Below, piece by piece: positions 18,958 through 29,361 of a stretch of DNA of 64,000 bases. The DNA is from an uncultured euryarchaeote (GTDB taxonomy: Archaea; Thermoplasmatota; Poseidoniia; Poseidoniales; Poseidoniaceae). The stretch lies in contig CALBRH010000051.1 of assembly GCA_937899865.1 (NCBI GenBank), forward strand, positions 1-64,000, read 5' to 3'. Made by a program: the position numbers and the translations under genes. The notes beneath the pieces were generated by a model. The model did not search any database. It worked only from the letters and a program-made list of their open reading frames with translations, and was not told where the DNA came from. How positions within the stretch are numbered: the stretch's first letter is position 1; each line of letters starts with the position of its first letter.

Positions 18958-21900
18958 ATGAATCGGATAATCATGCAAAGGCTGAGAATGCTACCAATAG
19001 TATTCTTCATTGCATTTTTGATGGCGTTTTTTGTAGAGACTGTCGCCGCATCAGGAGACTCTTCAGATTCTTTTGATATTAGTCATCTATATCCTCTTGG
19101 TGGTGCATTATTAGTTGCCGGATTAATGTGGAAATTTTTCATTCCAATTCAGCTATCTAATCTACAAGTGGCCTTTGAAATTGATGATGATTTGTACGAA
19201 GTTCATCGTGTGACAAGGGATCTTGATGATGCAAGAGACCTTCTTTCTGAGGGCTCAGTAGGTTATGGCTTGGGTCTATATATGATGGGTATGACTGGAA
19301 TATTGGTATTGATTGGAGAGTTTATTTTTGATCCAGACTTTTTCTATACGCCATCTCTTTACATCATTGGATTATTGGTAGGAATCCCTATTTTGATTTC
19401 TCCTTGGGAAACAATGAATGCACAACTCTCTAGAAATCAAAGACCATCAAGTAGTAATGCAATATTGGGTTTTTTAAGAAGAACTTTAACATTATTAATT
19501 ATCATAGGTATCACAATTGCTTCATTGATGTATGGCTTACAAGAGTCAAGTAGTGGTGTGATTGAACCATTTTGGTTAGCATTGGCAATGTTGGTATTCA
19601 TGTCGCCAACAATATTTGCTTATGGTAGGATTATGGGTGCTTCATGGAATATGTTACTAATTGGTAAGTGGCGAACATCCAATGGGAGAAAAAATCCAAT
19701 TGATCCGGATAAGCCAGGATTCTTGAATCGACTATTTTCTCTAATTTTAGTAATTTTCCTGTTAACCATGCCAATAACTGCGCTCAATGGAATTGTTACA
19801 GTGTTGTATGTATTGATAGCATCTCCTGATAATGCTTCAGAGGTGTTGAATTATGGTGGTATAATTGGCTATTCCATTTACGTTAGAATCGATTTAATTT
19901 CAGAAATTCTTTTCCATTGGGAATTTATCAAGAGTTTGCCCCAATTTTTATCATTATATCTATCATTAAACATTGCAATTGTAGGTCTTGCCTTTATTTT
20001 TGAATTAACAAGAAACTTAATGCTTGGTGGGCAAAGTTTTGGTGGGATATTTGGAGTAATCATTGACAGTCCCCGTGATATAAGAACTGAGGTTGAAGCC
20101 CAATCAAGACAACTTAAATTTGCTTTTGCTGGTTTCTCTGGTTATACTGTTTTGTTATTGTTACTAGTATGTTACAAAGAATTTGGAGGATTAATGCCAT
20201 TCACTGATACTTTGGAAAATAAATATGGATTTGATGAAGGTAATCGTTTATTAGCAACATGGATGTTTATCGCAGTTGGTCAACTTATTTTCTTACTTAC
20301 ATGGCTTGTTTCCATAATCCGTTTTGGTTCTCTGAGAAGTTTGCGTTTTGACTTGAATCCAGATGAGAGACGTGAAGGTGCAGTAAGATTGGCTGGTGGA
20401 GATTGGATGAGAACACTGGTAGATGAGGCAGCTTTAGTTGAAGATTTAGACTCTTTAATTAGATTTCAAAGACGTTCTTTGGATGGCGACCCCTCGGTAA
20501 TTCGTTATGAAAAAGCACGTGCTAGGATGTGGGAGTTAGCCATAAGGGGATTATGGCCATCTGCAATAGAAGAAGCGAGGAAAGTTCTAGCGCAAGCTGG
20601 TGGTGATGATGATATTGCTCGAATGATTATTGCAACAGGCCACATGTCATCAAGAAGGCTTGATGCTGCAAGAGATGCTTTGCATGGTTTGGAGCAACCT
20701 GAAGGTTATGATGAACCAGAATTATTGGCGTTTGTCTGTGAATGGCTAGATCCGTTCACTGGTAATGTTAGCGAAGATGATTTTTGGGATTGGGAGAATA
20801 ATAGTTGCATAAATAATCTTCAACATCAAATTCAGATGATTAGAGGATGGAACCCTAAGCTCAATAATGACTTTTTAACTAAGGATAGACTCTCACGCGT
20901 AGCACAGTTATCAATGATTTCATTGATGCGTGCTCAAAGATTACACGATGAAGCATTAGAAATTGCATTAAAGTTGGTTAGATTGGACCCAACAGGCGTA
21001 AGGCCAAGGATAGCAGCAGCACTTTGTTTGGTGGATAAGGGTGATTGGCATAGTGCTAAGTCAATTCTTGAAGAGTTAATCACGAGTGATAAAAACGACC
21101 CTAGGGTTTTGGCTTTATCTTCTATTCTTGGAGTTCCAGTTGATGCTGAAGAATTTGAAGTAGCACTTGTTAAAGGTGAAGGCAAAGCGATGAAGAAATG
21201 GATTAATCAAGCACCTTGTAATTCAGTTGCAGCTTTGGGTATAAAAGGTGGAATGGATGAAGCAATAAATGCTAATTTATTGATTGCAGCACACGAAGCA
21301 ACGCGAAAACAAATGACTCCAAAATATCAAAGCGGTCGCCTTTCAATAATTTTCAATTTCTTTATTTTAATACCACTTATTTTTCTTTCTGGAATTTATA
21401 TTTTCTCTGAATATGGTCAAATGGAAGGATTGGTTGCAACTTCAATATTTTTGATGTCTCATTCAGCCAGTAGGAGAGTATTGCGTCAACAAAGAAAACT
21501 TATTCGTCACAGAGATCAAAAAGCAATGGTAGCATATGCAAAACGAATGAAACGCTTCAAAGTTAAGCCAGATAAGACCAACATACCAGTGGGGACTCAT
21601 CTTTTACTATCTGGAATTTTGGTTTCAGTTAATGGTGTAATTTTAGATATTGGGTTGCCTGGATGGATGACTGAACATTTGCCAAAAGATTCTGATAAAG
21701 CGATTAAATCTAGGCTTAAGAGGAGGAGTGGAAAGATGCAGAAAGCTCGTCCTCCAAGGCTTCAGCCACTAGGTGATGGATGGTGGCTAAAACGTCCAAA
21801 GGAAGAAGGTGCTGATATTCCTGTACTTGAGAGATTAATAGGCAAGGTTGCTTATCGAGGTAGACCGAGTTATATTGACCGCAAGAATGGCATTGGTGCA

Positions 21901-22074
21901 CGTCCTACTGGTCAAATACCCAGTAAGTCGAAACCTGTTCATACTCTTGATTTGAAGAAGCGAGGAATTCCAACTAATACTAGAGTGTCGGAGAGAAATT
22001 CTACCAAACCTAAATTCCAGCCACAATCAAAGGTTAGAGATACAAATCGACGTCGTCCTCCTAAGCGTAAATGA
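18958..22074 (+). CDS. Large hypothetical membrane protein with central TPR-like helical region
   Basis: About 10 N-terminal TM segments, helical repeats (ALKLVRLDPTGVRPRIAAALCLVDKGDWHSA), two further TM segments, basic C-terminal tail. Confidence 0.8.
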   Translation: MNRIIMQRLRMLPIVFFIAFLMAFFVETVAASGDSSDSFDISHLYPLGGALLVAGLMWKFFIPIQLSNLQVAFEIDDDLYEVHRVTRDLDDARDLLSEGSVGYGLGLYMMGMTGILVLIGEFIFDPDFFYTPSLYIIGLLVGIPILISPWETMNAQLSRNQRPSSSNAILGFLRRTLTLLIIIGITIASLMYGLQESSSGVIEPFWLALAMLVFMSPTIFAYGRIMGASWNMLLIGKWRTSNGRKNPIDPDKPGFLNRLFSLILVIFLLTMPITALNGIVTVLYVLIASPDNASEVLNYGGIIGYSIYVRIDLISEILFHWEFIKSLPQFLSLYLSLNIAIVGLAFIFELTRNLMLGGQSFGGIFGVIIDSPRDIRTEVEAQSRQLKFAFAGFSGYTVLLLLLVCYKEFGGLMPFTDTLENKYGFDEGNRLLATWMFIAVGQLIFLLTWLVSIIRFGSLRSLRFDLNPDERREGAVRLAGGDWMRTLVDEAALVEDLDSLIRFQRRSLDGDPSVIRYEKARARMWELAIRGLWPSAIEEARKVLAQAGGDDDIARMIIATGHMSSRRLDAARDALHGLEQPEGYDEPELLAFVCEWLDPFTGNVSEDDFWDWENNSCINNLQHQIQMIRGWNPKLNNDFLTKDRLSRVAQLSMISLMRAQRLHDEALEIALKLVRLDPTGVRPRIAAALCLVDKGDWHSAKSILEELITSDKNDPRVLALSSILGVPVDAEEFEVALVKGEGKAMKKWINQAPCNSVAALGIKGGMDEAINANLLIAAHEATRKQMTPKYQSGRLSIIFNFFILIPLIFLSGIYIFSEYGQMEGLVATSIFLMSHSASRRVLRQQRKLIRHRDQKAMVAYAKRMKRFKVKPDKTNIPVGTHLLLSGILVSVNGVILDIGLPGWMTEHLPKDSDKAIKSRLKRRSGKMQKARPPRLQPLGDGWWLKRPKEEGADIPVLERLIGKVAYRGRPSYIDRKNGIGARPTGQIPSKSKPVHTLDLKKRGIPTNTRVSERNSTKPKFQPQSKVRDTNRRRPPKRK

Positions 22075-22122
22075 TTAATGGCCATACAATTTGTTCAAAG
22101 ACCGAATTGCTAACCATGTCTC

Positions 22123-23436
22123 ATGGCGGAAATACCAGGCTCATGGAATCCAAGTGAAATTAATTTGACTAAAGCTAAATCAGTTATTCAAGCAACAAAG
22201 GCTAGTGGAGACTTATACCGTAATGGTTTGGGTATGATAGCATCTGAGAATATTGTTTCACCTTTGGTCCAAAAAGTAGTCTGCAGTGACCTACATGGTA
22301 GGTATGCTGAGGGTTTACCGGGCAAAAGATACTACCAAGGTTGTGACGATTTTGACACAATTGAAAGTCTGGGTATCGATTTGGCCAAGAAGGTATTCAA
22401 AGCAGAATTTGCCAATATCCAATCAACATCAGGTACTGTTTCGAATATAGCTGCTCTCAAAGCATTAGCAAAACCAGGAGATAAAATCACTGCAGTTTCT
22501 ACTGCTGATGGCGGACATATTTCTCATGCTCGAATGGGAGCAGTTGGTTTAAGAGATTTAGATTTGTCAACATATCCATGGGATATCGACCGCATGGAGC
22601 CTGATATTGATGGTGCATGTAGTTTAATTAGGGAAATTAATCCTAAAATATGCTTAATTGGTCAATCAGTATTTCTTTTCCCGACTCCTTTGAAAGAAAT
22701 TGCTGCTGCTGCACATGAAGTTGGTGCTAAAGTAATGTATGATGGTGCTCACGTTTTAGGATTGATCGCTGGTGGCCAATTTCAAGATCCGTTAAGAGAA
22801 GGTGCAGATGTTATGACGGGTTCTTCTCACAAAACTTTTCCAGGACCCCAGGGTGGTTTTCTACTCTCTTCAAGTCAAGATGAGAAAATGCAAAAGCGCT
22901 TGAATAACGCAATATTCCCTGGAGTATGTTCATCTTATCATTTACATCACGTAGCAGGTAAGGTGGTTGCGTTAGCAGAATTCGAAGAGTATGGAGAGGC
23001 ATATGCAAGAGATACAGTGAGAAATGCTCGAGCTTTAGGTGAGTCACTTGCTGCTGAAGGTTTTGATGTATTGGCAGAAGGTAGAAATTATACTGAATCA
23101 CATCAAGTTCTAACTCGACATGGTGAAATAGACTCTGGTGCTGGAGCTAGAGCAGCAAGTTTGCTGGAAGATGCTGGAATTATTACAAACATGAATATGT
23201 TGCCAGGAGATACCAAAGCACTTTCCCCATCAGGACTTAGGCTGGGAGTACAAGAATTGACTAGAGTTGGTATGGGTAAGAATGAGATGGCAGAAGTGGC
23301 AAAATTATATGCCAAAGTCCTAATTCATGGCCAAGAACCTTCGACAGTAAAACAAGAAGTGAATGAACTAAAATCTAACTTTCAAGTAATTCGTTATTGT
23401 TTTAATGAAGATGAACAATCAGGTTATCCTTTATGA
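22123..23436 (+). CDS. glyA: Serine hydroxymethyltransferase (archaeal type)
   Basis: IASEN, YAEGLPGKRYYQGC, DGAH, SSHKTFPGPQGG (PLP lysine). Confidence 0.97.
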   Translation: MAEIPGSWNPSEINLTKAKSVIQATKASGDLYRNGLGMIASENIVSPLVQKVVCSDLHGRYAEGLPGKRYYQGCDDFDTIESLGIDLAKKVFKAEFANIQSTSGTVSNIAALKALAKPGDKITAVSTADGGHISHARMGAVGLRDLDLSTYPWDIDRMEPDIDGACSLIREINPKICLIGQSVFLFPTPLKEIAAAAHEVGAKVMYDGAHVLGLIAGGQFQDPLREGADVMTGSSHKTFPGPQGGFLLSSSQDEKMQKRLNNAIFPGVCSSYHLHHVAGKVVALAEFEEYGEAYARDTVRNARALGESLAAEGFDVLAEGRNYTESHQVLTRHGEIDSGAGARAASLLEDAGIITNMNMLPGDTKALSPSGLRLGVQELTRVGMGKNEMAEVAKLYAKVLIHGQEPSTVKQEVNELKSNFQVIRYCFNEDEQSGYPL

Positions 23437-23445
23437 TGTGTTTTT

Positions 23446-24501
23446 ATGCCAATTATTGATGATGAAAATCAATTATATGATTTGGAATTATCAAAAAAAT
23501 TCAACTCACATTTTGGTAATAGTGCAGATGGAAGATTAATTGATAATTTCGGTAATTTTTGGTATATTTCACAAGAACAAGACTTGTCAAATTTCATTTC
23601 TCTATTAGAAGAAAATATTGGAATCCCGATTGGTAGATTTTTACATAATTCTGCAGCTGACTCATTTGAATTGATTCTAGATCCTGTGAAAAATATGAAA
23701 CTTGGATTTTTTGCCAATAAAAAACGTAGAAAGTTATTGAAGGAATATTGGGAGATTTACGGTTGGGGATATTACGATAGTAAGGCTCATTCAATTACAA
23801 CAAATGTTTACTCTTCAATAATTTCTGGATTCTATCTTTCTCTAATTGAATTAGATCAAGGATTCCGAAGTAAGATACAGTGGCGGCAGGTAAAAGATAA
23901 TCTAATCATTTGTGAATTTGATGATTTAAACAAGTCATTATCTCTTCCGCAATCTTTGCCAAATATGCCTTGGGTAAAATCTACTAATAATTCAGCAGGA
24001 GTTTCTAACCATTTACTTGAAAAGCAAGAGATTGGATGGTCAATTGAAGGAAAATCCTCCTTTGTAATTCCTTGTGATATGATTAACAGAATCATATTTA
24101 ATGCAGGTGGATATATTGACAATATCAAAAAATCTGTTTTCGAATTTTGGACTTTGGAAGGAGTTGACAAGCGATTTTCCGCTTCCATGATTTGTATTCT
24201 ACAATCATGTAAAGAGCTATTCACTGCAAGTGATGTTTTTGTTTATCTAAATGATTCTAATAATTGGGATTCAATAATTGAATCAAATTTGAAACCTTTT
24301 GGTTTGGGCTCTATAAAATATCTAAGTTCTAACGAAAAATCAGACATATTTGAGGTAAGTTTGGAATCTAATGCCCCTTTGATTATTGGAAAAATTGCCG
24401 GCATTTGGGAAAGGGCAAATGGTAAGAAATGTCGTTGTTTTATCGAACTCAATGAAAATAATTTCAAAATTAGTATTGAGTCTTTATTGAATTACAACTG
24501 A
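23446..24501 (+). CDS. Hypothetical protein with two V4R-like repeats
   Basis: Two similar halves (EYWEIYGWGYY / NLKPFGLGSIK..IIGKIAGIWERANGKK); fold call is by eye. Confidence 0.55.
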   Translation: MPIIDDENQLYDLELSKKFNSHFGNSADGRLIDNFGNFWYISQEQDLSNFISLLEENIGIPIGRFLHNSAADSFELILDPVKNMKLGFFANKKRRKLLKEYWEIYGWGYYDSKAHSITTNVYSSIISGFYLSLIELDQGFRSKIQWRQVKDNLIICEFDDLNKSLSLPQSLPNMPWVKSTNNSAGVSNHLLEKQEIGWSIEGKSSFVIPCDMINRIIFNAGGYIDNIKKSVFEFWTLEGVDKRFSASMICILQSCKELFTASDVFVYLNDSNNWDSIIESNLKPFGLGSIKYLSSNEKSDIFEVSLESNAPLIIGKIAGIWERANGKKCRCFIELNENNFKISIESLLNYN

Positions 24502-24585
24502 TTATTTGTTTAGAGCATTGATGCTTAATCTCTATAACCGATAGATGTCGAGAGCATTTTAGCCGAATTAAACGGAGTGTAACTT

Positions 24586-27500
24586 ATGTCTCTAAATCCA
24601 AACCAAATGGCCTACGTTGCGATAGTCTCAACATTGATTTTCGGTTCGATATTTGTTGGTGTTTCTGGAGTACTGCAAACCAGCGAAGGATTGGGTAATT
24701 TTGATAGTGCAGTTGAGGAAGAAATTTCCAGCGATGGAATTACTACTAATGAGGCACTTGATTCTGATGATGACGGTCTTGCAGATGTATTGGAAGAAAC
24801 CCAATATGGAACAGATCCACTTGATGAAGATACAGATGGCGATGGAATGTCAGATGGTTGGGAAGTTGAACATGGTTTGAATCCTTTAGATGATGGTGAA
24901 TCGGACCCACTTGAACAAGACCCTGGTGAAGCGGATGTCGATGAGGCAGATCAAGAAAACGAAACAGACTCTTGGCCAGATCCAAATCAAGGTCCAAATG
25001 GTGACCCCGATAATGATGGTTTGACTAATCAACAAGAGCAAGAATTGGAAACCGACCCACAAAGGTCTGATACAGATAATGATGGATTAAATGACAAATG
25101 GGAATCAATCTACATGATTGAAATTGAAATACCTGGTGGTTCATTCACACTGTTTGACCCATTGAGTGGTAATTGGGATTGTGTATTACTAACTTCTGAT
25201 TTAAAGAATAATTTAAGAGAATTCTACAATCTTGATGATGACACACCTTCATGGGAAGAATTAGGCAATGGTTTTGGCCAACATTCTTGTGACAATGTTC
25301 TAGATTACGATGATGATGGTTTAGCGAATTTCCAAGAAGAATTATTTGGAACAGATCCTACATCGGAAGATTCTGATGGAGACCTTCTATCAGATGCAGA
25401 AGAGATTTCACGTGAACAATTACAACTTTACCGTGCTGTTGGAATTACTCAAGGAATTGATAGGAATAACCAAATTGTTTATCGTAACTGTAACGAACCA
25501 ATTAGAGATGATAATACCCAAACTTTCGCCTTTGATGCTCCTTTCATGACTAAGAATACTTCATGGTTCTACCTTGATGATGACGGTGATGGCTTACTCA
25601 ATGGACCATCAGACTGGGATTCTGATGGTGATGGAATGCCTGATGGATATGAGTATTGTTACTCAATTTTCCCTTCAGAATCAGTTGTTAATTCGCTAAA
25701 ACTTAACCGTCTTGATTCAACTAATGTATTAGACCCAAGTGACCCATCAGATGGTTTCTTTGATTGGGATGATGACGGACTAAATAATTTAGAAGAATAT
25801 GGTTCTGCATTACAATTTGGAGCAGAGAATTTCACATCTCCTTGGTTAGAAGATACTGACTTAGATGGTATGCCTGATGGATGGGAAACCAATAATGGAT
25901 TGAATCCAAGAGATAGTAGCAATGGTGACGATGACCCAGATATGGATGGTTGGGATCGTGATGGTGATGGTTCTGCGGTTTATGAGGAACTAATATTCAA
26001 TACAAGAGTAACTCAAATTAAGAAAACAATCGGCGAAACAGTGGCAGAGGGTGAAACAGTAGTTAGAGCGGAATATACTAAAGCTGGTGGTCAAACAGAA
26101 CCAGTTAATATCAAAGCTCCATCTTCTGGTACAATCTATCAAATGTATGTTTCCGTAGACCAAGTTATTACCTCTAGAGATACAGTTTGGTTCGTTGTAG
26201 TAGAAGACAATGAAAGATTCACTAATGAAGATGAATATGAAGCGAAATTCAAGAATAATGAGCCTTTTGATGAAAATGGCGAACCAAGTATGATTATTGG
26301 GAGATCAACAGACCCAATGGATGCTGATACAGATAATGATGGATTGATTGATGGAATTGAAGTATTTGGCTGGGAAATATTGGTTGTCAACCGTGGTGTT
26401 GAAATCACTCTCGTAGTTTCTGATCCAGGGCTTCCAGATACTGATTCTGATGGCCTTTCAGATTTCTTAGAATATTCTTCATTATGTGATTCAGGTTCTA
26501 ATGCATCTAATCCTGATACTGATGGTGATGGTTTGGATGATCAGTTTGAGGCGACAGGTGGAGGAGGAACTCTTCAGTGGCCTCTTGGTGGTGGAGAAGC
26601 ATATACTACAAGCCCATGCGCCTTTGATACTGATAATGACGGCCTTGAAGATGGTGAAGAAGTAATCATCGGAAAAGATGGATTCCTAACTCATGCTAAT
26701 AATTCTGATACTGATGGAGACGGGCTCAAAGATGGTAACGAGGTGTTGTATATACCGCGGCCATTCCAAGAACCGACACATCCATTAGTCAATGATACAG
26801 ATAATGACGGAATGTTAGATGGTTGGGAAATGCAAGTTCAATCAGAAGAAGACAATACTAATTCACACAGTTTGTGGGTTGCTACCAGCTCTTGGAATAT
26901 ACCAAATTGTGTCCCTACTCAAAATAACAACTGTGCAAAGAGCCCAGGTGGTTACGTGTGGATTAACACATTAGGTGGCTTTGTTCAAGAAAAACAATTT
27001 GAAGTTTATGAAATGAATCTATCTGGATTTAGTGTTCCAAATAATCCTTTGTGTGATTGCAACGGTAGATGGGCACTTGATCCATCGGAACAAAGTGCTA
27101 TTGCAAGATTACCTGATGCAGTATATGATATTGATAATGATTCTTTGATGAATGGTGCTGAAGCCCCAGATAAATGGAATACAAACCCAGTAGACAAGGA
27201 TTCTGATGGAGACAAATTATTTGATGGATGGGAAGTGAAATATTCTCAATATGCCATAGAATCTGGTTTAGTTGATAATGAATCGTTGTCTGCATTTGGC
27301 GCTAGAGGCGTATTAGACCCTTCAATGATTGATAGTGACTTAGATGGGATAGAGGATGGTCAAGAAGATCCTGACCAAGATGGCTTAAATAGAACTGGCT
27401 TAATCAAGCGTTATTGTCCTAGTTACAATGATTCTTCGTTCTCAGATTGTCACATAGATCCTGATACTCCTGATGGCGCTCAATTTTATCAAAATCTAGC

Positions 27501-27795
27501 AAATTACACCAATTATGAAGAGATGCAAAATAATACTAATCCAGTGTCAAATGATACAGATGGCGACAAGTGGAATGATGGTCCTGAAGTATATTTCCAA
27601 GATCATGACGACGATGGCATGGCTACTGGCTGGGAATATCACTTTGACTTTGACCCTTATGATGCCGCAGATAGGATGTTCGACACTGATGGAGACGGGC
27701 ATGTGAATTATTGTGAGTACAAATGGGATACCAACCCTCGTAATCCAACAAGCTTCCCGGGTCAAGGTGAATTGTGCGACCCATTCAGTGAATAG
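24586..27795 (+). CDS. Membrane-anchored acidic surface protein with many Ca-binding D-x-D-x-D-G (TSP3-like) repeats and an inserted lipoyl/biotinyl-like domain
   Basis: N-terminal TM, more than 20 DxDxDG..D..E..(G)T(D/N)P motifs, paired Cys residues, hybrid-barrel segment at about 26002-26205. Confidence 0.85.
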   Translation: MSLNPNQMAYVAIVSTLIFGSIFVGVSGVLQTSEGLGNFDSAVEEEISSDGITTNEALDSDDDGLADVLEETQYGTDPLDEDTDGDGMSDGWEVEHGLNPLDDGESDPLEQDPGEADVDEADQENETDSWPDPNQGPNGDPDNDGLTNQQEQELETDPQRSDTDNDGLNDKWESIYMIEIEIPGGSFTLFDPLSGNWDCVLLTSDLKNNLREFYNLDDDTPSWEELGNGFGQHSCDNVLDYDDDGLANFQEELFGTDPTSEDSDGDLLSDAEEISREQLQLYRAVGITQGIDRNNQIVYRNCNEPIRDDNTQTFAFDAPFMTKNTSWFYLDDDGDGLLNGPSDWDSDGDGMPDGYEYCYSIFPSESVVNSLKLNRLDSTNVLDPSDPSDGFFDWDDDGLNNLEEYGSALQFGAENFTSPWLEDTDLDGMPDGWETNNGLNPRDSSNGDDDPDMDGWDRDGDGSAVYEELIFNTRVTQIKKTIGETVAEGETVVRAEYTKAGGQTEPVNIKAPSSGTIYQMYVSVDQVITSRDTVWFVVVEDNERFTNEDEYEAKFKNNEPFDENGEPSMIIGRSTDPMDADTDNDGLIDGIEVFGWEILVVNRGVEITLVVSDPGLPDTDSDGLSDFLEYSSLCDSGSNASNPDTDGDGLDDQFEATGGGGTLQWPLGGGEAYTTSPCAFDTDNDGLEDGEEVIIGKDGFLTHANNSDTDGDGLKDGNEVLYIPRPFQEPTHPLVNDTDNDGMLDGWEMQVQSEEDNTNSHSLWVATSSWNIPNCVPTQNNNCAKSPGGYVWINTLGGFVQEKQFEVYEMNLSGFSVPNNPLCDCNGRWALDPSEQSAIARLPDAVYDIDNDSLMNGAEAPDKWNTNPVDKDSDGDKLFDGWEVKYSQYAIESGLVDNESLSAFGARGVLDPSMIDSDLDGIEDGQEDPDQDGLNRTGLIKRYCPSYNDSSFSDCHIDPDTPDGAQFYQNLANYTNYEEMQNNTNPVSNDTDGDKWNDGPEVYFQDHDDDGMATGWEYHFDFDPYDAADRMFDTDGDGHVNYCEYKWDTNPRNPTSFPGQGELCDPFSE

Positions 27796-27842
27796 ATACA
27801 ATAAGACCGAAACTTCTTGAGTACTATACGATAGTTAGTACC

Positions 27843-29321
27843 ATGTCAAGCAGGGCTATAGCTACATTTACTGTAGTTTTTTTTGTTATGGTAAGCATTT
27901 TACCTGACAATAGTATTGCTTCTAATTCAAGCGTTGATGATGAACCATTCATAACCATAAATACAGAAAATGGTTTAATCTTTGAAGATTTGATAAATAT
28001 TTCAGGCCAATCTAATATTCCTGCTGCTGAATTATTATGGTCAATAAATCATATTCATCCGGTTGATACTCTATTGATAACTGATAGTCAGATAATGTCC
28101 TCAAGCATATTTTCAGATGTATCTATTGTAGATGATACTTACAACTGGGAACTATCATTACCAGTAGATGGATTGAATTGCACTTGTACATTTTCTATTT
28201 CTGCAATAAATAATGTAGATTTGGAAGAAAGTTCAATCATTTTGTTCATCGGTCAAAATTCTCATTTTTCCGTAATAACTCATATTCCATCATTTCAAAA
28301 TATTGTAGATAATCAAATCAAATATTTGTCATATGAAATTATATCACCGGATAGTAATAGTTTGAATATTCCTGAGATTAGTGAATCTTTTGCTTTCAAA
28401 GCTAATATATGTCAATATAGTGGAAATTCTTGCGTTTCTGAGTCTGTTCAAGTTGAAATAAACCATACTGTGCAGAGTGACGGGACCTTTCTTTTGGTAA
28501 TTGATAAAACCTATCTGGGAATTGATGATGGCAACTGGAACTTTGAAATATATCTAAGAGATTCATATTTGCGATTCTCAAATTCTGATGATCAAATATT
28601 GACCTTTGACACCAATCCACCTATGGTTGAAATTTTGGGTACAAATGAGACATACGAAATGGGCTTAGAAGTATTTTCTACTAGCATTGATGATGGATAT
28701 GATAGTTCTCTTGTAGCACTAACTTGGACGATTACAGAGCCTAACGGAATGCTTCGTGGACTCATAGAGGGGGAGTACATCTCGGATAGTAGTATCAGCA
28801 TTCGATTTAATCAATCAGGGGAATGGAATATTTCTGTCTTAGCAATAGATTCGGTAGGGTATTTCACCAAACAATCACACATAGTTTATGTTCAAAATGT
28901 CGCTCCAATTATTTTACTAAATAATTCAATTGAAACTTCAAGCAATAAGGGGTTAGAGTTTGATTTAGATGAGTCATGGTTTATTGATGCTTCTTTAACA
29001 TTTGATACTGTTAATGACATTGACGAACTTACTTTTACATGGTTTATTGATGATGAGATTATTCATGTTGGTAAAAATTTGTCAAACGAGCAGCTCAATA
29101 AGTCTGGTAATCATAAGATTATATTGATTGTAACAGATAATGACGGTGATACTGCCCAATCAACAGTTGAAATCATACTAAATTCAGAGGATGATAACGA
29201 AAATGGCAGTAATATAATTGCTATTGCAATAATACTGATTGTTGTTTTATTGGCATCAATTCTATTGATTCGTTTTAGAAAGGAAGAAGCATCATTCAAT
29301 TTGCCTAAATGGGGCAAATAG
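27843..29321 (+). CDS. Secreted Ig/PKD-domain protein with C-terminal TM anchor
   Basis: Signal-like N-terminus; PKD motif DAS.TFD...LTFTW....SGNHKIILIVTDNDG; C-terminal TM followed by RFRK. Confidence 0.8.
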   Translation: MSSRAIATFTVVFFVMVSILPDNSIASNSSVDDEPFITINTENGLIFEDLINISGQSNIPAAELLWSINHIHPVDTLLITDSQIMSSSIFSDVSIVDDTYNWELSLPVDGLNCTCTFSISAINNVDLEESSIILFIGQNSHFSVITHIPSFQNIVDNQIKYLSYEIISPDSNSLNIPEISESFAFKANICQYSGNSCVSESVQVEINHTVQSDGTFLLVIDKTYLGIDDGNWNFEIYLRDSYLRFSNSDDQILTFDTNPPMVEILGTNETYEMGLEVFSTSIDDGYDSSLVALTWTITEPNGMLRGLIEGEYISDSSISIRFNQSGEWNISVLAIDSVGYFTKQSHIVYVQNVAPIILLNNSIETSSNKGLEFDLDESWFIDASLTFDTVNDIDELTFTWFIDDEIIHVGKNLSNEQLNKSGNHKIILIVTDNDGDTAQSTVEIILNSEDDNENGSNIIAIAIILIVVLLASILLIRFRKEEASFNLPKWGK

Positions 29322-29361
29322 TTAACCAAGGTTTGAATAGGTCAAAACAGGTGGGAGTATC

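Noticed and set aside
24586-27795. Ca-binding repeats suggesting a binary toxin
   Set aside because: Only the generic DxDxDG motif is shared; no PA14, pore-forming or enzymatic toxin domain is recognisable
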